This document shows, piece by piece, positions 50,060 to 62,952 of a stretch of 64,000 nt of DNA. Position 1 is the first letter of the stretch. Each line of letters begins with the position of its first letter. The position numbers were made by a program, and so were the translations under genes. The stretch covers positions 1,240,001 to 1,304,000 of the forward strand of contig JAKIMF020000005.1 in NCBI GenBank assembly GCA_022605425.2, written 5' to 3'. A model generated the notes under the pieces. It saw nothing but the letters and a program-made list of their open reading frames with translations. It did not search any database and had not been told where the DNA came from. This DNA is from Hamiltosporidium tvaerminnensis FI-OER-3-3 (lineage: Eukaryota; Fungi; Microsporidia).

Positions 50060-50936
50060 TATTAATATGTCACTTTATATTTAAGAAATTCTTTAATTAC
50101 TCTTTTTAAATATCAGTAAAGAGCCAGTATAACCTCTTAATTTCTTGTTTGATAAAAAGGCTTAAATTTACATTTAGAATTGTTTTCACGCAATATTTCA
50201 TCATTAAGTCTATATAATAACAAATTCATCGAACTCAAAAGCTGCTATATTTTGTATAAGAACTATTTTATGGCATCATATAGATGATCATTTGCTAAAA
50301 AAATTTTTTTGGTGCTTTGGGGTGTAAAAATAAATTATGATTGTCTATTCTATGGTTAAAATAGTTAAAAACAAATTTTTGTCATAATTAATGGCTGTTT
50401 CTTTCTTCATTACTTTTTTAAGATCCAAAATATATATATCTGATATTTTTGGTAAAGACCTACCCAAAATTAATTCAGATTTACCCTGTTTTATCCAAGT
50501 CAAATTTATTTCACACAGAATGACGAAAAGATTTGTAAAGACAGAAAAATTTCTTAAATAATAATTCTAGAATTAAATTTGTTTAATTAAAGTAATTGTA
50601 TCTTTGCATTGAGTTTTACATAAAAAAATATTGACTTGGAATTATCTTATCAAACAAAAGTCACCAGTGCTCATAAATAATTTTTTTCATTGTTCAACAA
50701 AAAATAGGATTTCAATTTAATTTAATTGTTCAATCAGAATTGTTTATGAAATTGAATGCCACGATTTATTGAAAAAAAACAGCTTTTAGATTTTTTAAAA
50801 CATATATTTTTCGTCGCAGCACAAAAAAAAGAAATATTAAAAAACATTTAGCTGATTCCGGAGAATTTCGCTAAACATTTTTGTTTTTAAAAAAAATATA
50901 GTGAGAAGCAAAAGTAAAAATAAAATAAACCCCAAT

Positions 50937-51601
50937 TTAATGAACCTTAACTGGCTTTCCTTTAGCAGTTTTGATAAAGATACTATCAATGTTTCTCATT
51001 CCTTTTTTAAGTAACCCCAATAGGTGTGTCAATCCAAGATAAACATTTTCAACTATCTTTTCACTTCCCATTTCAGCATATCCAGCTGGAAAGGACAACG
51101 TATTCTCCTTTCTTAGCTTGAACTTTACTGTTTTAGAAACATCATTATAGAAATTTTGCAGATCTCCAACGTTTTTTATAATGAAAAGCGGTTTTCTTTT
51201 TCTGTTTATTATTCTCATTTCAAAAGCTTTGTTAAATGTAGATTCTGCAATAAGAGAATGGCTTCTTCTACATAACTTTCCTTTCAACTTTTGTCGTTCT
51301 TTGGAAGCACCTTGGACACTCTCGTAATTTACGAAAGGTAGGCTCAAGGATACTGCTTTTTGTTCTAACGTTTTATCAGCAATAATCAATATCTTCTCAT
51401 TTTTTCTTTTTGGATGTGGAAGAACGACATTGCTATCGAAACGGACATCTTTATTGTAATCATAACCTTTAAGCGCAATTTGGACCTCAAATGTATCTTC
51501 TTCAGAAGAAGTTGTCTTTAATGCTTCATCAATCATTGGTTTAAGTTTCTCTTGTGTTATTTGACTAAAATTAGAAATTATTTCTTTGTCACTTACTTCA
51601 T
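50937..51601 (-). CDS. RPL10A: 60S ribosomal protein uL1 (RPL10A/RPL1), two exons: 51601-51597 and 51564-50937
   Basis: FEVQIALKGYDYNKDVRFDSNVVLPH, VKFKLRK and IFIKTAKGKP match uL1. Splicing gives MNQITQEKLKPMIDE in frame. Confidence 0.9.
51565..51596 (-). other. 32-nt spliceosomal intron immediately after the start codon
   Basis: GTAAGT...TTCTAATTTTAG. The unspliced frame reads ATG AAG TAA (stop). Confidence 0.88.
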
Positions 51602-52867
51602 CTACCCTTCAATGAATTTATTTTTTTTAAAAAAGAAAAAATCAAAGGAAAAATAATTAATATCCCTTTATAACTAAAAAATTGAGGATTTTTTGTTTAA
51701 AAAAATAATGAATTCAAAAAAAAGTGTATCGAAAAATAAATTGAAGCCAAATATAAGAATTTTTTATTTATTTAATAATCAGCTAATATTCACAATTTAT
51801 TTAAATACTAATTATAATATTTATAACCGATTTAAAATATAAAATACAATAAATTTGTATAAAGAGAATAACGATATCAATCAGTATAAGCAATAAAATT
51901 TAAAAAAAATTTCTAAAACTTTTTTTTAGTAACAAACAAATATCAATATTATATCTTGGTAGTTATATAAAGGGAAGACTACCATATGATTTTGCAATCA
52001 AAATATATTGAATAATTCTAAATAAATTTTATGAATACTATAGATTAAATATTATTTTATATCGTAACATTTGTATGTAAATCCAAATAATTTTCCATTT
52101 TATACTAATATCCAATTCTATTTTAAATTCAAATAATATTTTTTGAAATAATTTAAATCGAATTCGCAGAATTTTGGAATTAATCTTTTGAATATCGACC
52201 GACATAGTAAGTAAAACTATAGTTAATATATGGTTTTAAGATGAATTTGATGATGAAACAGTTACAACTATCTTAATCTTGACTGAACGGTAAAGAGATC
52301 AAAAGAAGTAATATCAACAAACACCGAATTTTCGATTATAAATGTAATAGAAGTTTATTAAAAGACATTTAACTAGCACGCGGTTGGTCAATAATAAAAA
52401 ATGAAAAGAAAAAGCGGTCAAAAAGTTTTATTGATTTATATTTTAAGTGGATTTGTTTTAAGTTTATCAGTTCAATAAAATATATATTTTTTTAAATAAA
52501 CCGATTTTTTGAGACTATCAGCTAGAATTGCTACTTTGAAGTTATAAAATAATATTAAATTTAAATTTAGATTTTTGATTGAAATAACTAACTCAAATGC
52601 ATGTGCAATCGTGTGTATATCGTGTTTGTTTTTTTTGTCATATATCTTTTTATTTCAAAATATTATTACCAAATTCAAAATTAATATCGATCAATACCAA
52701 CAGTACTAACTAGTAAAGGCTTCATAAAAAATCTGCTGAAAATGTTCAAATCATTTGAGTTTCAAAACATTTTAACCTCAATTAAAAAAGTATCTAAAAT
52801 TATACAAAGCTATGGCATTTTCATAGGAAATAACTAAATTGTGCAATTTATTGAAATATTAAGAATA

Positions 52868-52916
52868 AAATTTTATAGTTTAAATTTTATAGTTTAAATT
52901 TTATAGTTTAAATTTT
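52868..52916. repeat. 14-bp tandem repeat (AAATTTTATAGTTT) x about 3.5
   Basis: Read directly from the sequence. Confidence 0.85.
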
Positions 52917-53864
52917 TGCTTGTGCATTTCAAAATTATTTTTTTAGATTCTTTTACGTCTAAACAAACATGATATTACAAGGATATTTTAACTTCATTTA
53001 ATCAAGTAATTCTAGCATGTTTTTATAGAATAATCAAATAAATATATCGAAAGCATAAATATATTTATGTTTTAGAAAACTTTTTTTGTTTTAATTTTTT
53101 TTTACTAAAAAAAGAAAATTTAAGAAATGATGAGAAAAAAATGAAAATAAACGTACGGACAATTTCTTTTGATTAAATTTAAATGCGTATACCATAATTT
53201 AATATCCAATTTATAAATAAACGACAAAAAATAAATCCATTCACAAACCTAATTTATTCATACTATTCAAATGAAAATCTATAATTTACAGTTTTAAGTT
53301 ATATGAAACCTAAAAAAACTTCAACTAAATTGTATTTTTTTCATTTAGTCATTATGTGTGGATTGAAACTATAGGATTAGATTAAAGGTTAATACAATTA
53401 AATAGGAATTTAAGTTAAATTCTAAATTTAATGATGCTTTCAGGTTTCTAGATTTTTTCTGTAATGGTGTAAAATCTGATATAAGTAAAGGTCTTATGTT
53501 TTTTTGTTTGCTTACATTAAGATTTCTTTTGATTTGACCATGCCAGATATTTAAGGGTAAGATATTGCTGAATAACTAAATTCACTATAATGAGATATTA
53601 AAGGTTTTTAAATGTTTTTCCGTATAATATTTAATATTTTTATCTTTTTTAAATTCAAAACTATATCATTGAGTTTTTTCGATGTTGATTAATGTATTGT
53701 TAAGTTTATTGCCCTTTCAAATATTTTGATTTTGAGTTCAAATCGAAATCAATATATCTTTGTGTAAGCAAGATCAAAATTATACTTTTTTTTAGCTTAA
53801 AATATTCGCTTGACTTTTTTTATTAATTGGCATTATAATCAGAAAATATAAATACATTTAAAAC

Positions 53865-54570
53865 AGTGAAGAGAGTATAACCCCATTGAAACAATCTGCT
53901 TGGCAATAAATATGTAAATTAGGTGTGAAATCATTTTTTAGACTTTTGCGGAAATAATACCACACTATATTTTCGGTTGTTCCGTGAGGTTTATATGAGG
54001 AGGAGAATGTCTACTAAATGACGAAAATTTTTTTACAAATATGTTTGTAGTTTTTCATGTAACTAGATTGTAGACCGCTGTTGAACTTGTAGGTAGTTGT
54101 CATCTAAAGGACTGCAACCTAGCCACTCACACTTCGTTATGAAGACTTATAGCCTGAGAGATATAAAAATAAAAACTCTCAAAGCCGGGAAAGCCAAAAT
54201 ACAGGTTATACTATTGGTACGATATTGCCCGTGCATATGAATCTATTTAAGTCGCCAAGATATACCTGGCTCGAAGTGCATAAGTTCTGTAAGTGTAGAG
54301 TAAGTAGGAATGCTGCGTAGTCTTGGGGAGGCCTGGGGTGGCTTCGGCCTTCAATCAAACTCCATAAAATTGACATCAAAGAACTCCGGGTAACTGCCTC
54401 ACGCATTAATCGGGTTCTACCCACCTCGTATATGATAGGATTTTGAATATAGGTATTGAAGGAGTGTTGGGGAAGCAGTTATTTATGTTAAACTTAGAAT
54501 TGCACTTTGTTATGAAAAATATATCACTTGCCAGTGTTGTAAAAAAGAGGCGACCGTTTTTAATAAAGTA
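53865..54570 (+). mobile_element. ~730-nt structured non-coding retroposon (long family), copy C, older and more diverged
   Basis: Co-linear with copy B (TCTGCTTGGCAAT, CCACACTA, GAAGACTTA, GGAATGCTGCGTAGTCTTGGGG, GGCTTCGGCC, ATTTATGTTAAAC, TAATAAAGT). Small internal deletions; no TSD resolved. Confidence 0.85.
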
Positions 54571-55521
54571 TATTGTAGTATGAATCTGAGAACAAAGAAA
54601 ATATATTTAGTTGTTATCATTTTTTTAAACACCAATTATATTCTGTATTATTTCATCATAAAAATTCAAGCGAAATAAGTAGCATAAAATATTATTTTAA
54701 GATCATTGTATCGTATCGGTCACCAATAATTTCTTGAAACTGTGGACTAAATTTACTACTAGAAATTTTCACCAATGACCTAAAATATTTATATGTTAAT
54801 TTGGTCTTTAAATATTCGCTGTGTATTTCTTTTTAGAGAATAATTGTCTATATATCTAGGTAGTTTCTAAGGCGGAAATAAGCCCCGAGTAAATTTTTGA
54901 AGTTTTTGATTGGGTGAGTACAAGGAGCTATAAAATTCCACTAATGAATTCCAATATTTTATTAAAAGATAGTGTCAAAAACATTTTAATTTTTTTCATA
55001 CATGTATGGAGCGTTTAAAATTTGATGAAAAAATCCTATTAATACACATCAAAGAAATACTTTTACGTACCTTGGTATAAAATCCAATGCTTTTCTGGGC
55101 TTTAAAACCTTTTATAAAGGGCAATGTAGCCCGAAGGCCAAAAAGCTCAGCGATCTTTGCTCACGAACAAATTTATTGTAAGTTGTTGTATCTACACCCC
55201 TTTCATCTTTTTTCTTTTTTAAATAATTGTAAATTTCTAGAAAAAAATAAAATATTTTCTTTTGACAAATAAATAATCTAACAGAAGCGCAACTAATAAA
55301 TACTGGGTATAAATAATAGCGCACTATTGATACTTCCTTAGGTTTGAAATATTTTTTTTAAATAAAATAATCTAACAACCAAAAATCTTATCAAAAATAT
55401 TCTATGTTATATTTAGAATCGGTTTATCATTTTGCGATCTGTATACATTCAATTTCAATTTTTTTAGTAAAAAAACAAATCCCAAACAATTTTTTATAAA
55501 ATTAGTCACTACCCATTGAAA

Positions 55522-57555
55522 ATGATTGATTGTTTCTTGCCAAAAAAAGCTTTAAAGCATAGTTTTAGTTATGAAGAGTTAAAAATGAAAGAAATGTATA
55601 ATATGTGTCCATTGTATGTTAATTATGATGGTTTAATAATTCTTGAAACATTTTCTCCATTATTTAAACAGGCTACTGGTTTTCTAATTGCAATTTCAGA
55701 ACCAGTGAGCAGACCATCACAAATACATGAATATAGAATCACAGCATACTCTCTCTATGCTGCCGTAAGTGTAGGTCTAACTACAAACGATATTTTGACC
55801 ACCTTGGAAAGATTTTCTAAAAACTACCTTTCAAATGGATTAATAAAATATATCACAGAATGCACAGAAAGTTACGGAAAAGCCAAATTAATTATGAAGC
55901 AATCCAGATATTATGTAGAATGTCTCAATCTAGAGGTTCTGAGAATATTATTAAAAGATGCGGTAATAAGTAGTAGCAGACTAAAAAATCAAAAAGAAAT
56001 TAGCACCGAAGATAATTTTGCAACCGAAGAAGAAAATTTTAAGCTTTTTGAAATCTTGAGTCATGATATTGAAAAAGTCAAAAAAAGATGCATAGAAATC
56101 GATTATCCTCTTATAGAAGAATATGACTTTAGAAATGATGCCAGGCTTCCCGATTTAACGATGGATTTAAAACAGTCGGCTACAATCAGATCTTATCAAG
56201 AAATTTGTTTGAATAAAATGTTTGGTAATGGAAGAGCAAGATCAGGAATAATTGTTTTACCCTGTGGATCCGGTAAAACTCTAGTGGGTATCACAGCAAT
56301 GTGTACAATTAAGAAATCTTGTTTGGTTTTATGCACATCAGCTGTCTCTGTGGAACAATGGCGACAGCAACTTTTATTTTTTACGGATATAAATGCTGAT
56401 AGTATAGCAAGATTTACTTCAGAAAAAAAAGAAAGATTTACTTCTGTGGGTGGAATCATAATAACTACGTACACCATGTTAGCTTATTCTGGTAAAAGAT
56501 CATACGAAGCACAAAAAACAATGGATTTTATAAAAAATACTGAATGGGGTTTACTGGTTTTAGATGAAGTTCATGTTGTTCCAGCAATGATGTTTAGAAA
56601 AGTAATTTCCTTAGTTTCACATCATTGTAAATTAGGACTTACTGCAACACTGGTAAGAGAGGATGATAAAATTGAAGATTTGAATTTTTTAATTGGTCCA
56701 AAGCTATATGAAGCTGATTGGCAAGATTTGAGTACACAGGGTCATATAGCAACAGTTGAATGTATTGAAGTATGGTGTGGAATGACGGCTGAATTTTATA
56801 GAGAATATTTGCAACAGTCTAGTAGGCGTAGACGTGTAATAGCAACTATGAATCCAACTAAATTTCAAGTTTGTGATTATTTGATTCGAAAACATGAGGC
56901 CAAAGGAGATAAAATTATTGTTTTTTCCGATAATGTATGTGCACTAAAAGCATATGCGCTTAAACTAGGAAAGCCCTATATTTATGGTCCTACTGGTCAA
57001 ACAGAAAGAATGAGAATTTTAAAACAATTTCAGACAAATCCTAAAATAAATACCATTTTTTTAAGCAAGGTTGGTGACACATCTATAGATTTGCCAGAGG
57101 CAACATGTCTTATCCAAATCAGTAGTCATTTTGGTTCCAGAAGACAAGAAGCACAACGTCTCGGTCGTATATTGCGGGCAAAAAAAAGAAACGATCCCGG
57201 TTTTAGAGTTTTTTTCTATTCTTTAGTTTCTAAAGATACAGATGAAATGTATTATAGTTCAAAAAGACAACAGTTTTTAGTAGATCAAGGTTATTCATTT
57301 AAAGTAATTACAAGAATGAAGCAGGCAGAAGAAAATATAGATCGAGTTTTTCGTAGTAAAAATGAGCAAAGAGAACTTTTGGCTACAATTTTATTGACAT
57401 CTGAAAATGAAATGGAAAGTGAAGAAAGCGAGGATACAGATAGAGCATATTCTAACAAATCTACATTAAAGAATATCAGTGGGGGTGAGAATATGGCTTT
57501 TATCGAAAGAAAGAAAAATGATAGACATTTTCTGTTCAGAAAAAATCGTAGATAA
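55522..57555 (+). CDS. SSL2: TFIIH helicase/translocase XPB (Ssl2/Rad25/ERCC3)
   Basis: [23 protein letters not shown], Walker [24 protein letters not shown] and [10 protein letters not shown]. First ATG at 55522 after a CCC motif. Confidence 0.97.
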   Translation: MIDCFLPKKALKHSFSYEELKMKEMYNMCPLYVNYDGLIILETFSPLFKQATGFLIAISEPVSRPSQIHEYRITAYSLYAAVSVGLTTNDILTTLERFSKNYLSNGLIKYITECTESYGKAKLIMKQSRYYVECLNLEVLRILLKDAVISSSRLKNQKEISTEDNFATEEENFKLFEILSHDIEKVKKRCIEIDYPLIEEYDFRNDARLPDLTMDLKQSATIRSYQEICLNKMFGNGRARSGIIVLPCGSGKTLVGITAMCTIKKSCLVLCTSAVSVEQWRQQLLFFTDINADSIARFTSEKKERFTSVGGIIITTYTMLAYSGKRSYEAQKTMDFIKNTEWGLLVLDEVHVVPAMMFRKVISLVSHHCKLGLTATLVREDDKIEDLNFLIGPKLYEADWQDLSTQGHIATVECIEVWCGMTAEFYREYLQQSSRRRRVIATMNPTKFQVCDYLIRKHEAKGDKIIVFSDNVCALKAYALKLGKPYIYGPTGQTERMRILKQFQTNPKINTIFLSKVGDTSIDLPEATCLIQISSHFGSRRQEAQRLGRILRAKKRNDPGFRVFFYSLVSKDTDEMYYSSKRQQFLVDQGYSFKVITRMKQAEENIDRVFRSKNEQRELLATILLTSENEMESEESEDTDRAYSNKSTLKNISGGENMAFIERKKNDRHFLFRKNRR

Positions 57556-58388
57556 TTTCTCATTTCTTCTATGCAATTTATTTTTTCTGAATAATTTAAA
57601 AAAAATAAAAAATTACCAATTTAACTTTTAATAATATTCTAACTTATGATTTTTTTACTTTTTTTTTCTAATTATTCTAGATTTATTAAGAACTTAATTT
57701 TATAGAACCGAATTATAACATTGTAATCTAAAATACTATTTTTTCTATTTTTTTGATTTTTGAAAAATCTTTACAAATTTATTCTAAAAAGCAAGAAATT
57801 TTATTTTCCTTTTATATAAATAGATTTCATAGATTTAGGTTCATAAAAATAGATTTTTTTTATCTTTAATTTCTTTTCATTTATATAAATTAAAAAATCT
57901 GTAAGTTCGTATTAAATTATCATTAAAATTAATAAACAAAAGTAAATTTTGAATCAATTTTTACAAATTTTATTTTTAAAACTTAGATTTAATAAAACTT
58001 AGATTTAATAAAACTTGATGCAATGAATGTATAAAAATTAATGATAAAATAAATAAAATTTTAATCTTGAAATATCAAGTGTGAATCTTTTATTACTTTT
58101 TTAAAAAGATTTATTTTGACTATGAACTCGTAATAGAAAGCATCTTTTTCACAGAATAAAGGCAAAATTTTATAATTATTAAATTTTTGTATAAAGAACG
58201 GATTAAATCAAACAATAGATAGGTATCAGAAATACGGGACAAAAATCTAAGAGAAATAAACCATTATTTGTTATTATTACTTTTTTGTATGTAAAATATT
58301 TAGATAATGATTTTTTTAAAGTTGAGAAAAAAATTAAGAAAAAAAATAGAAAGAAATTTAATTTCCAAATTAAAACAAAGTAATATTT

Positions 58389-58670
58389 TTATTCCAAATT
58401 AGGATGTACATAATCATCTAAAAAATTCTTTACGTCAATATAAAATTTTTGGTAAATTTCAGTAGGCATATTTTCTGATATGAATTCGAATAATTTAAGA
58501 TATGTTTCATTGTATTCATCCCCATTGTTTACATCTTTGCTTGCAAGTTCTTCTAGATGTTTGCATACAACATCATAAAAACCGTTTTCTTTCATATAAA
58601 ATGTTAATTTGTTTAGCATAACGTCTTTTTGTTTTGATCTCACAATTATATCCTCTATTTTTTCTTCCAT
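58389..58670 (-). CDS. Probable Sus1/ENY2 (SAGA/TREX-2 subunit)
   Basis: 93 aa. IVRSKQKDVMLNKLTFYMKENGFYDVV and MPTEIYQKFYIDVKNFLD align by eye with Sus1 LVESG..LISNELKARLLQEGWVDKV and VSDSTRETVLKQIREFLE. Confidence 0.65.
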   Translation of the reverse strand: MEEKIEDIIVRSKQKDVMLNKLTFYMKENGFYDVVCKHLEELASKDVNNGDEYNETYLKLFEFISENMPTEIYQKFYIDVKNFLDDYVHPNLE

Positions 58671-59369
58671 AAGTTTTTTTTAACGGTCATGAAATTTTTA
58701 AAAAATATATAACTTGAAATAAATTTAAAATTTACGGTGTAATTCGATATAATTTTTTTTGCTAATATTTAAGAAAATTTTTTTTATTTTCACAGTTTTA
58801 AATATTTGTCGTGTTCTCGTAAATTTGATTTGGATTGTTTAGGCTACACATATGGTTCAAATTTAGGTTTCTTTTTCGCTATTCATGTTTAAATGTTTAA
58901 TATTAATGTTTTTGATTGGTAATTTGATTTTATATAATGATTTTAGATCATTAAATATGAATTTTTTAAGAAATTACAATCAGGAGGAAATTTTTAATCA
59001 ATTTCTAAGTGCTGATTGAGATTTGGCCCTGGATTTAAAATTATTAAGTAAATTGAAATGTTAACTCAACCCTTTTTTTCAAAACTAAAAGTTAAAAAAA
59101 TGCATATTAAGTGATCGGTATTTAAGATATTTCGTTTATGTCAATCCAACTATCTTTTTTTGTTGAAAGAAATATTTGTAGACTATTATAATAGTATCTC
59201 TATTAAAGGATAACCAGACTATGCTCAATTTCACATAGATGTAAATTATAAACGATTGTTACATAAATTTAATGGTTTAATCCTAATATTTCACATTCCA
59301 AGTTATATAATAATAGAAATACAGGGTGAGTATTTGTTAACTATTCCTTGAGATCTTAACGAATTAAAA

Positions 59370-60255
59370 CTTAAGACATCTAGGTACGGAGTTTTCTGTA
59401 TATTGGTATAGAAACGTTTAGATCATCATAGGATGTGTTTTCTAACATTATAATCGGTCCAGAAAAACATTCGATAATTTAGCTACAGGATGTGGGATAA
59501 TGCTTGGTCATGATTATACTAGACAGCACAATGAATGTCTAAGATCCCTGCATTTACACCTACAACATATATTAATTTAAGCTTTTGGACCAAGTAGGAA
59601 TCCTCGGTTCAAGAAATCCTTGATAAAGAGTATGCAGAGATGCGAGTGGACATAAGAATAAAAGTCGATGTAGGTATTCGGAATGTTAGCTTCTATATAT
59701 TTATTTGGGAATAGAAGTAAAATCGAATCTCTTTCAATGAAGTAAAAATTACTTTCCATGACTCAATTCAAATAGTTGAAACTAGAAACTTAGAAATTGA
59801 CCTATTAGCAAATGAGTTGGGTTATATTTATCAATATAGTAGCAGTATAATTCTTTATCTTATAATCTTGAACAGTATTGTGACAAACTAGTATAGAACG
59901 AATGTTAAATGAGTAAAAATACCCATGAATCTGTGAGCGACATTCGTTCGATTTTACTCAGGAAGACAGTTAAATCCATTTATTTTAATGACCTAAAGGA
60001 CTTGAGTCAAGCTCAAATGAGAATAGAGCTTTGAAAGAGCATCATTTGGTGTTATTAAAAAGGGAGAGACGCATTGGGAGCTGAAAACACTCTTTAAAAC
60101 AAGAAATTGGCGAGAAAAGTGATGTTAAACAAGTAAATACGAAAGAAATTTTACTGTTTATTTAAATAGGGGAATCAAAATAGAGAAATCGATTATAAAC
60201 GCAAATGAAACTTCGGATTTAGAAAAAGAGGAGAGAAGTGGTTAAAAATTATTTA
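59370..60255 (+). mobile_element. Old decayed 3' fragment of the RLE non-LTR retrotransposon
   Basis: Encodes remnants ATGCGIMLGHDYTRQHNECLR, EYAEMRVD, QIVET and DLLANELG. Boundaries approximate. Confidence 0.8.
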
Positions 60256-60881
60256 AAAGAGTTAAAATTTAGTAAACCTTTATCTTTTGAATAAAAATCT
60301 ATTTATTACGCCTATTTTTTTTGGCTAATTCAAATTTGTCTAAAGAAATTTTGTATCACGACCAATTCTTTTATTATTGGTTTAGATTTTTATCCCAAGG
60401 CGCGTCTCATTCTTTTTAATAAATGCTATTCAAAATAAATACACAGAACAATTCTAAATCCGTTTCATCGATATTTTCCTACGCTTTGTAATTAAAATCT
60501 ATTTTATGCGATGTTTTCAGAAGCTTTATTTTAAAATTGAAGAACATTGTTTCTTCATAGTCCAAAGATTTTTTCATCAAAGATGTTGTTTATGAATAAA
60601 AAAAACTTTTAGATTTTATCAAAGCAAATTATGCTTTACGCATTAAAACTATTTGCATTAATTGTAATTTATATTATCTGATTATTTTATACTCTTTAAA
60701 TGTTGAAAATATAATCATTTATATATTTAAGTTTAGAATCATACGATACAAAAACAATTCGCTCTATCAAATTTCCATAATTTATCTAGATATCTTCCTT
60801 CAAAAAAAAACACCTAATTAAAACAATAAAAATTTATGCAAAAATTTGTTTTCAGAAAAAAATAAACTATATATTAGAAAC

Positions 60882-61620
60882 ATGGGGGAGGGAGGATAAC
60901 CAAATAAAAAACTTTCTGCTTGGAAATGAGTGTGGGAAACTGGTGTGAGGTCATTGTTCAGATTTTTGGTGAAAACAAACACACTACATCTTTGGTTGTT
61001 CCATGTAAGTTGTTATGAAGAGGAAAGATCTGAGAAATGGAGTAACTTTTTCTACAAACTTATTTCTAGTTTTTAATGTAACCAGATTGCAGACCGCAGC
61101 TGAACATGTAGGTAATTGCCACGTAAAAGTATGGAAACCTAGCCTTGCTCACTCGGGTTAGAAGACTTAGTGCCCAGGAGAAATAAAAATCTAAACCATA
61201 AAACCCGGGAGAGCTAAGTACCAGGTTATACTTGTTGATATGAAATTTGCACTGTCTAGGTGGACCCATATAAGTCTCTGAAATATATATTAGCTAGAAG
61301 TTATGAGGTTTAGAAAGTATAGAGTAAGTGGGAATGCTGCATAGTCTTGGGGAGCCCAGGGGAAGCTTCCGCTTTCGATCACACTCTATGCAAAGGACAT
61401 TAACGAACTCCGGGCAACTGCCTCGCCTATTAATTAAATTTTACATACCCTATAGATGAAAGGTATTGGGATGTAGGTATCGCAAGAGGTATTGATAGAG
61501 TGTAGGGGTAGCAGTTACTTATGTTATACCTAGAACTGCGTTAATGTCACGAAACAAATATAACACTTGTCACTGTTTTAAAAAGATGTGATACTTTTAT
61601 ATAAGGTTCTAAAATTATTT
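60882..61620 (+). mobile_element. ~730-nt structured non-coding retroposon (long family), copy D
   Basis: Homologous to copy B. TSD TATTAGAAAC at 60872-60881 and 61621-61630. Confidence 0.9.
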
Positions 61621-61690
61621 TATTAGAAACTTAGCGAATAATTAAGAAAATATTCTAAATATTTTTTTTTATTCCTTTACACACATTTCT

Positions 61691-62864
61691 CAAGGTGGAG
61701 AATAATAATAAAACCCATCTTGCACTAATAAAAGGCTTCTTAAAAGTAAAGTACAGCTTGGTAGAAGAAGTCACTAAGAAAAGTCTAGAAGAAGCTCAAC
61801 TTGCAAAACTATATAACGAAATAGAAAAACGAAAACTCTATTCAAAGTTATATAATGCAAGGAAAAAGGAGCTTGTGAGTGTTAGTGACTCTTCAAGATG
61901 GTTAAAGAGAGGAAATACTAGGCCACGAAATGAAGCAGTGTTTTGCTATATCCAGAATAGAAATGTATTCTGGGGTGCAGATGGTAGGTGCCAACACTGC
62001 AAAAAATCTGGTAAGACTGTAGATCATCTAGCAACTCTATGTGAAAAAATGCTAGGCCATGACTACACCAGACGGCATAATGAAGTGGTTAGATGCCTAC
62101 ACTTACTTCTCTTAAATAGATATATGTTTAAGTCTTCAAAAGAAATCAGGAGTCACTCAGTTCAAGAAATTCTTGATAATGAGTATGCAGAGATAAGAGT
62201 GGACACCAGAATAAAAACTGATTTTAAAATTCGGAATAACAGACCCGACATATTTATTTTAGATAAGAAGAAGAATAAGATAACACTCATTGAAGTAGGA
62301 ATCACTTCCCAAGATTCACTTCAAATAGTTGAAACTGAAAAACTTAGGAAGAATGACCTGCTAGCCAATGAGTTGGGTCTTATTTATGTGTAGTGTTGAG
62401 ATAATCCCTTATGTGATGACCTGGGATGGTATTGTGACAAAATACCACAAATCTCATCTTAAAAGACTAGAAATACCCATGAATGTAGAGGCATACATTC
62501 AGTCTATAGTACTTAAGAAGACAGTCGAAACAATTTCCTTAGATCGACGAAGAGGACTTGAGTCAGGACTAAATGCCGAAGATAATTGGGAGAGAGCGTC
62601 AATGGGTGTTATTATGAGACCAAGATGCATGAGGAACCAACAGCCCCTTTAAAAGAAGAGAAGAGAAAGGAAGATGGTGCAAAAAAATTTAAAAGTAAAA
62701 AATATACACCCCTTATTTCACAAGAAAAACCACTTTAGAGGAACCGACCAATATCATAAATGAAGAGTCGGATTTGGAATAAGAGACAAAAGTGGTTAAA
62801 GAGGTAGAAGAAATACATAAAAATGTTAAAAATCTCTTAACCCAGAATTTTATTAAATAAAATG
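61691..62864 (+). mobile_element. 5'-truncated RLE non-LTR retrotransposon inserted in the promoter of CCT1 copy 2, 11-bp TSD
   Basis: TSD CACACATTTCT at 61680-61690 and 62865-62875. The empty site is visible upstream of CCT1 copy 1 (about 40886-40896). Confidence 0.93.
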
Positions 62865-62952
62865 CACACATTTCTTAAATATAAAAATATTTTTTCCTTT
62901 TTTCTTTAAAAATTTCCAAATAAAATATTTTATTAAACCCTTTCATTTAAAA

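Noticed and set aside
2024-57563. Numerous antisense or overlapping ORFs of 60-136 aa in the track (e.g. 6217-6519, 10238-10567, 21051-21461, 33492-33803, 49633-49929, 56196-56477)
   Set aside because: Shadows of real genes, transposons or the tRNA, with no independent evidence.
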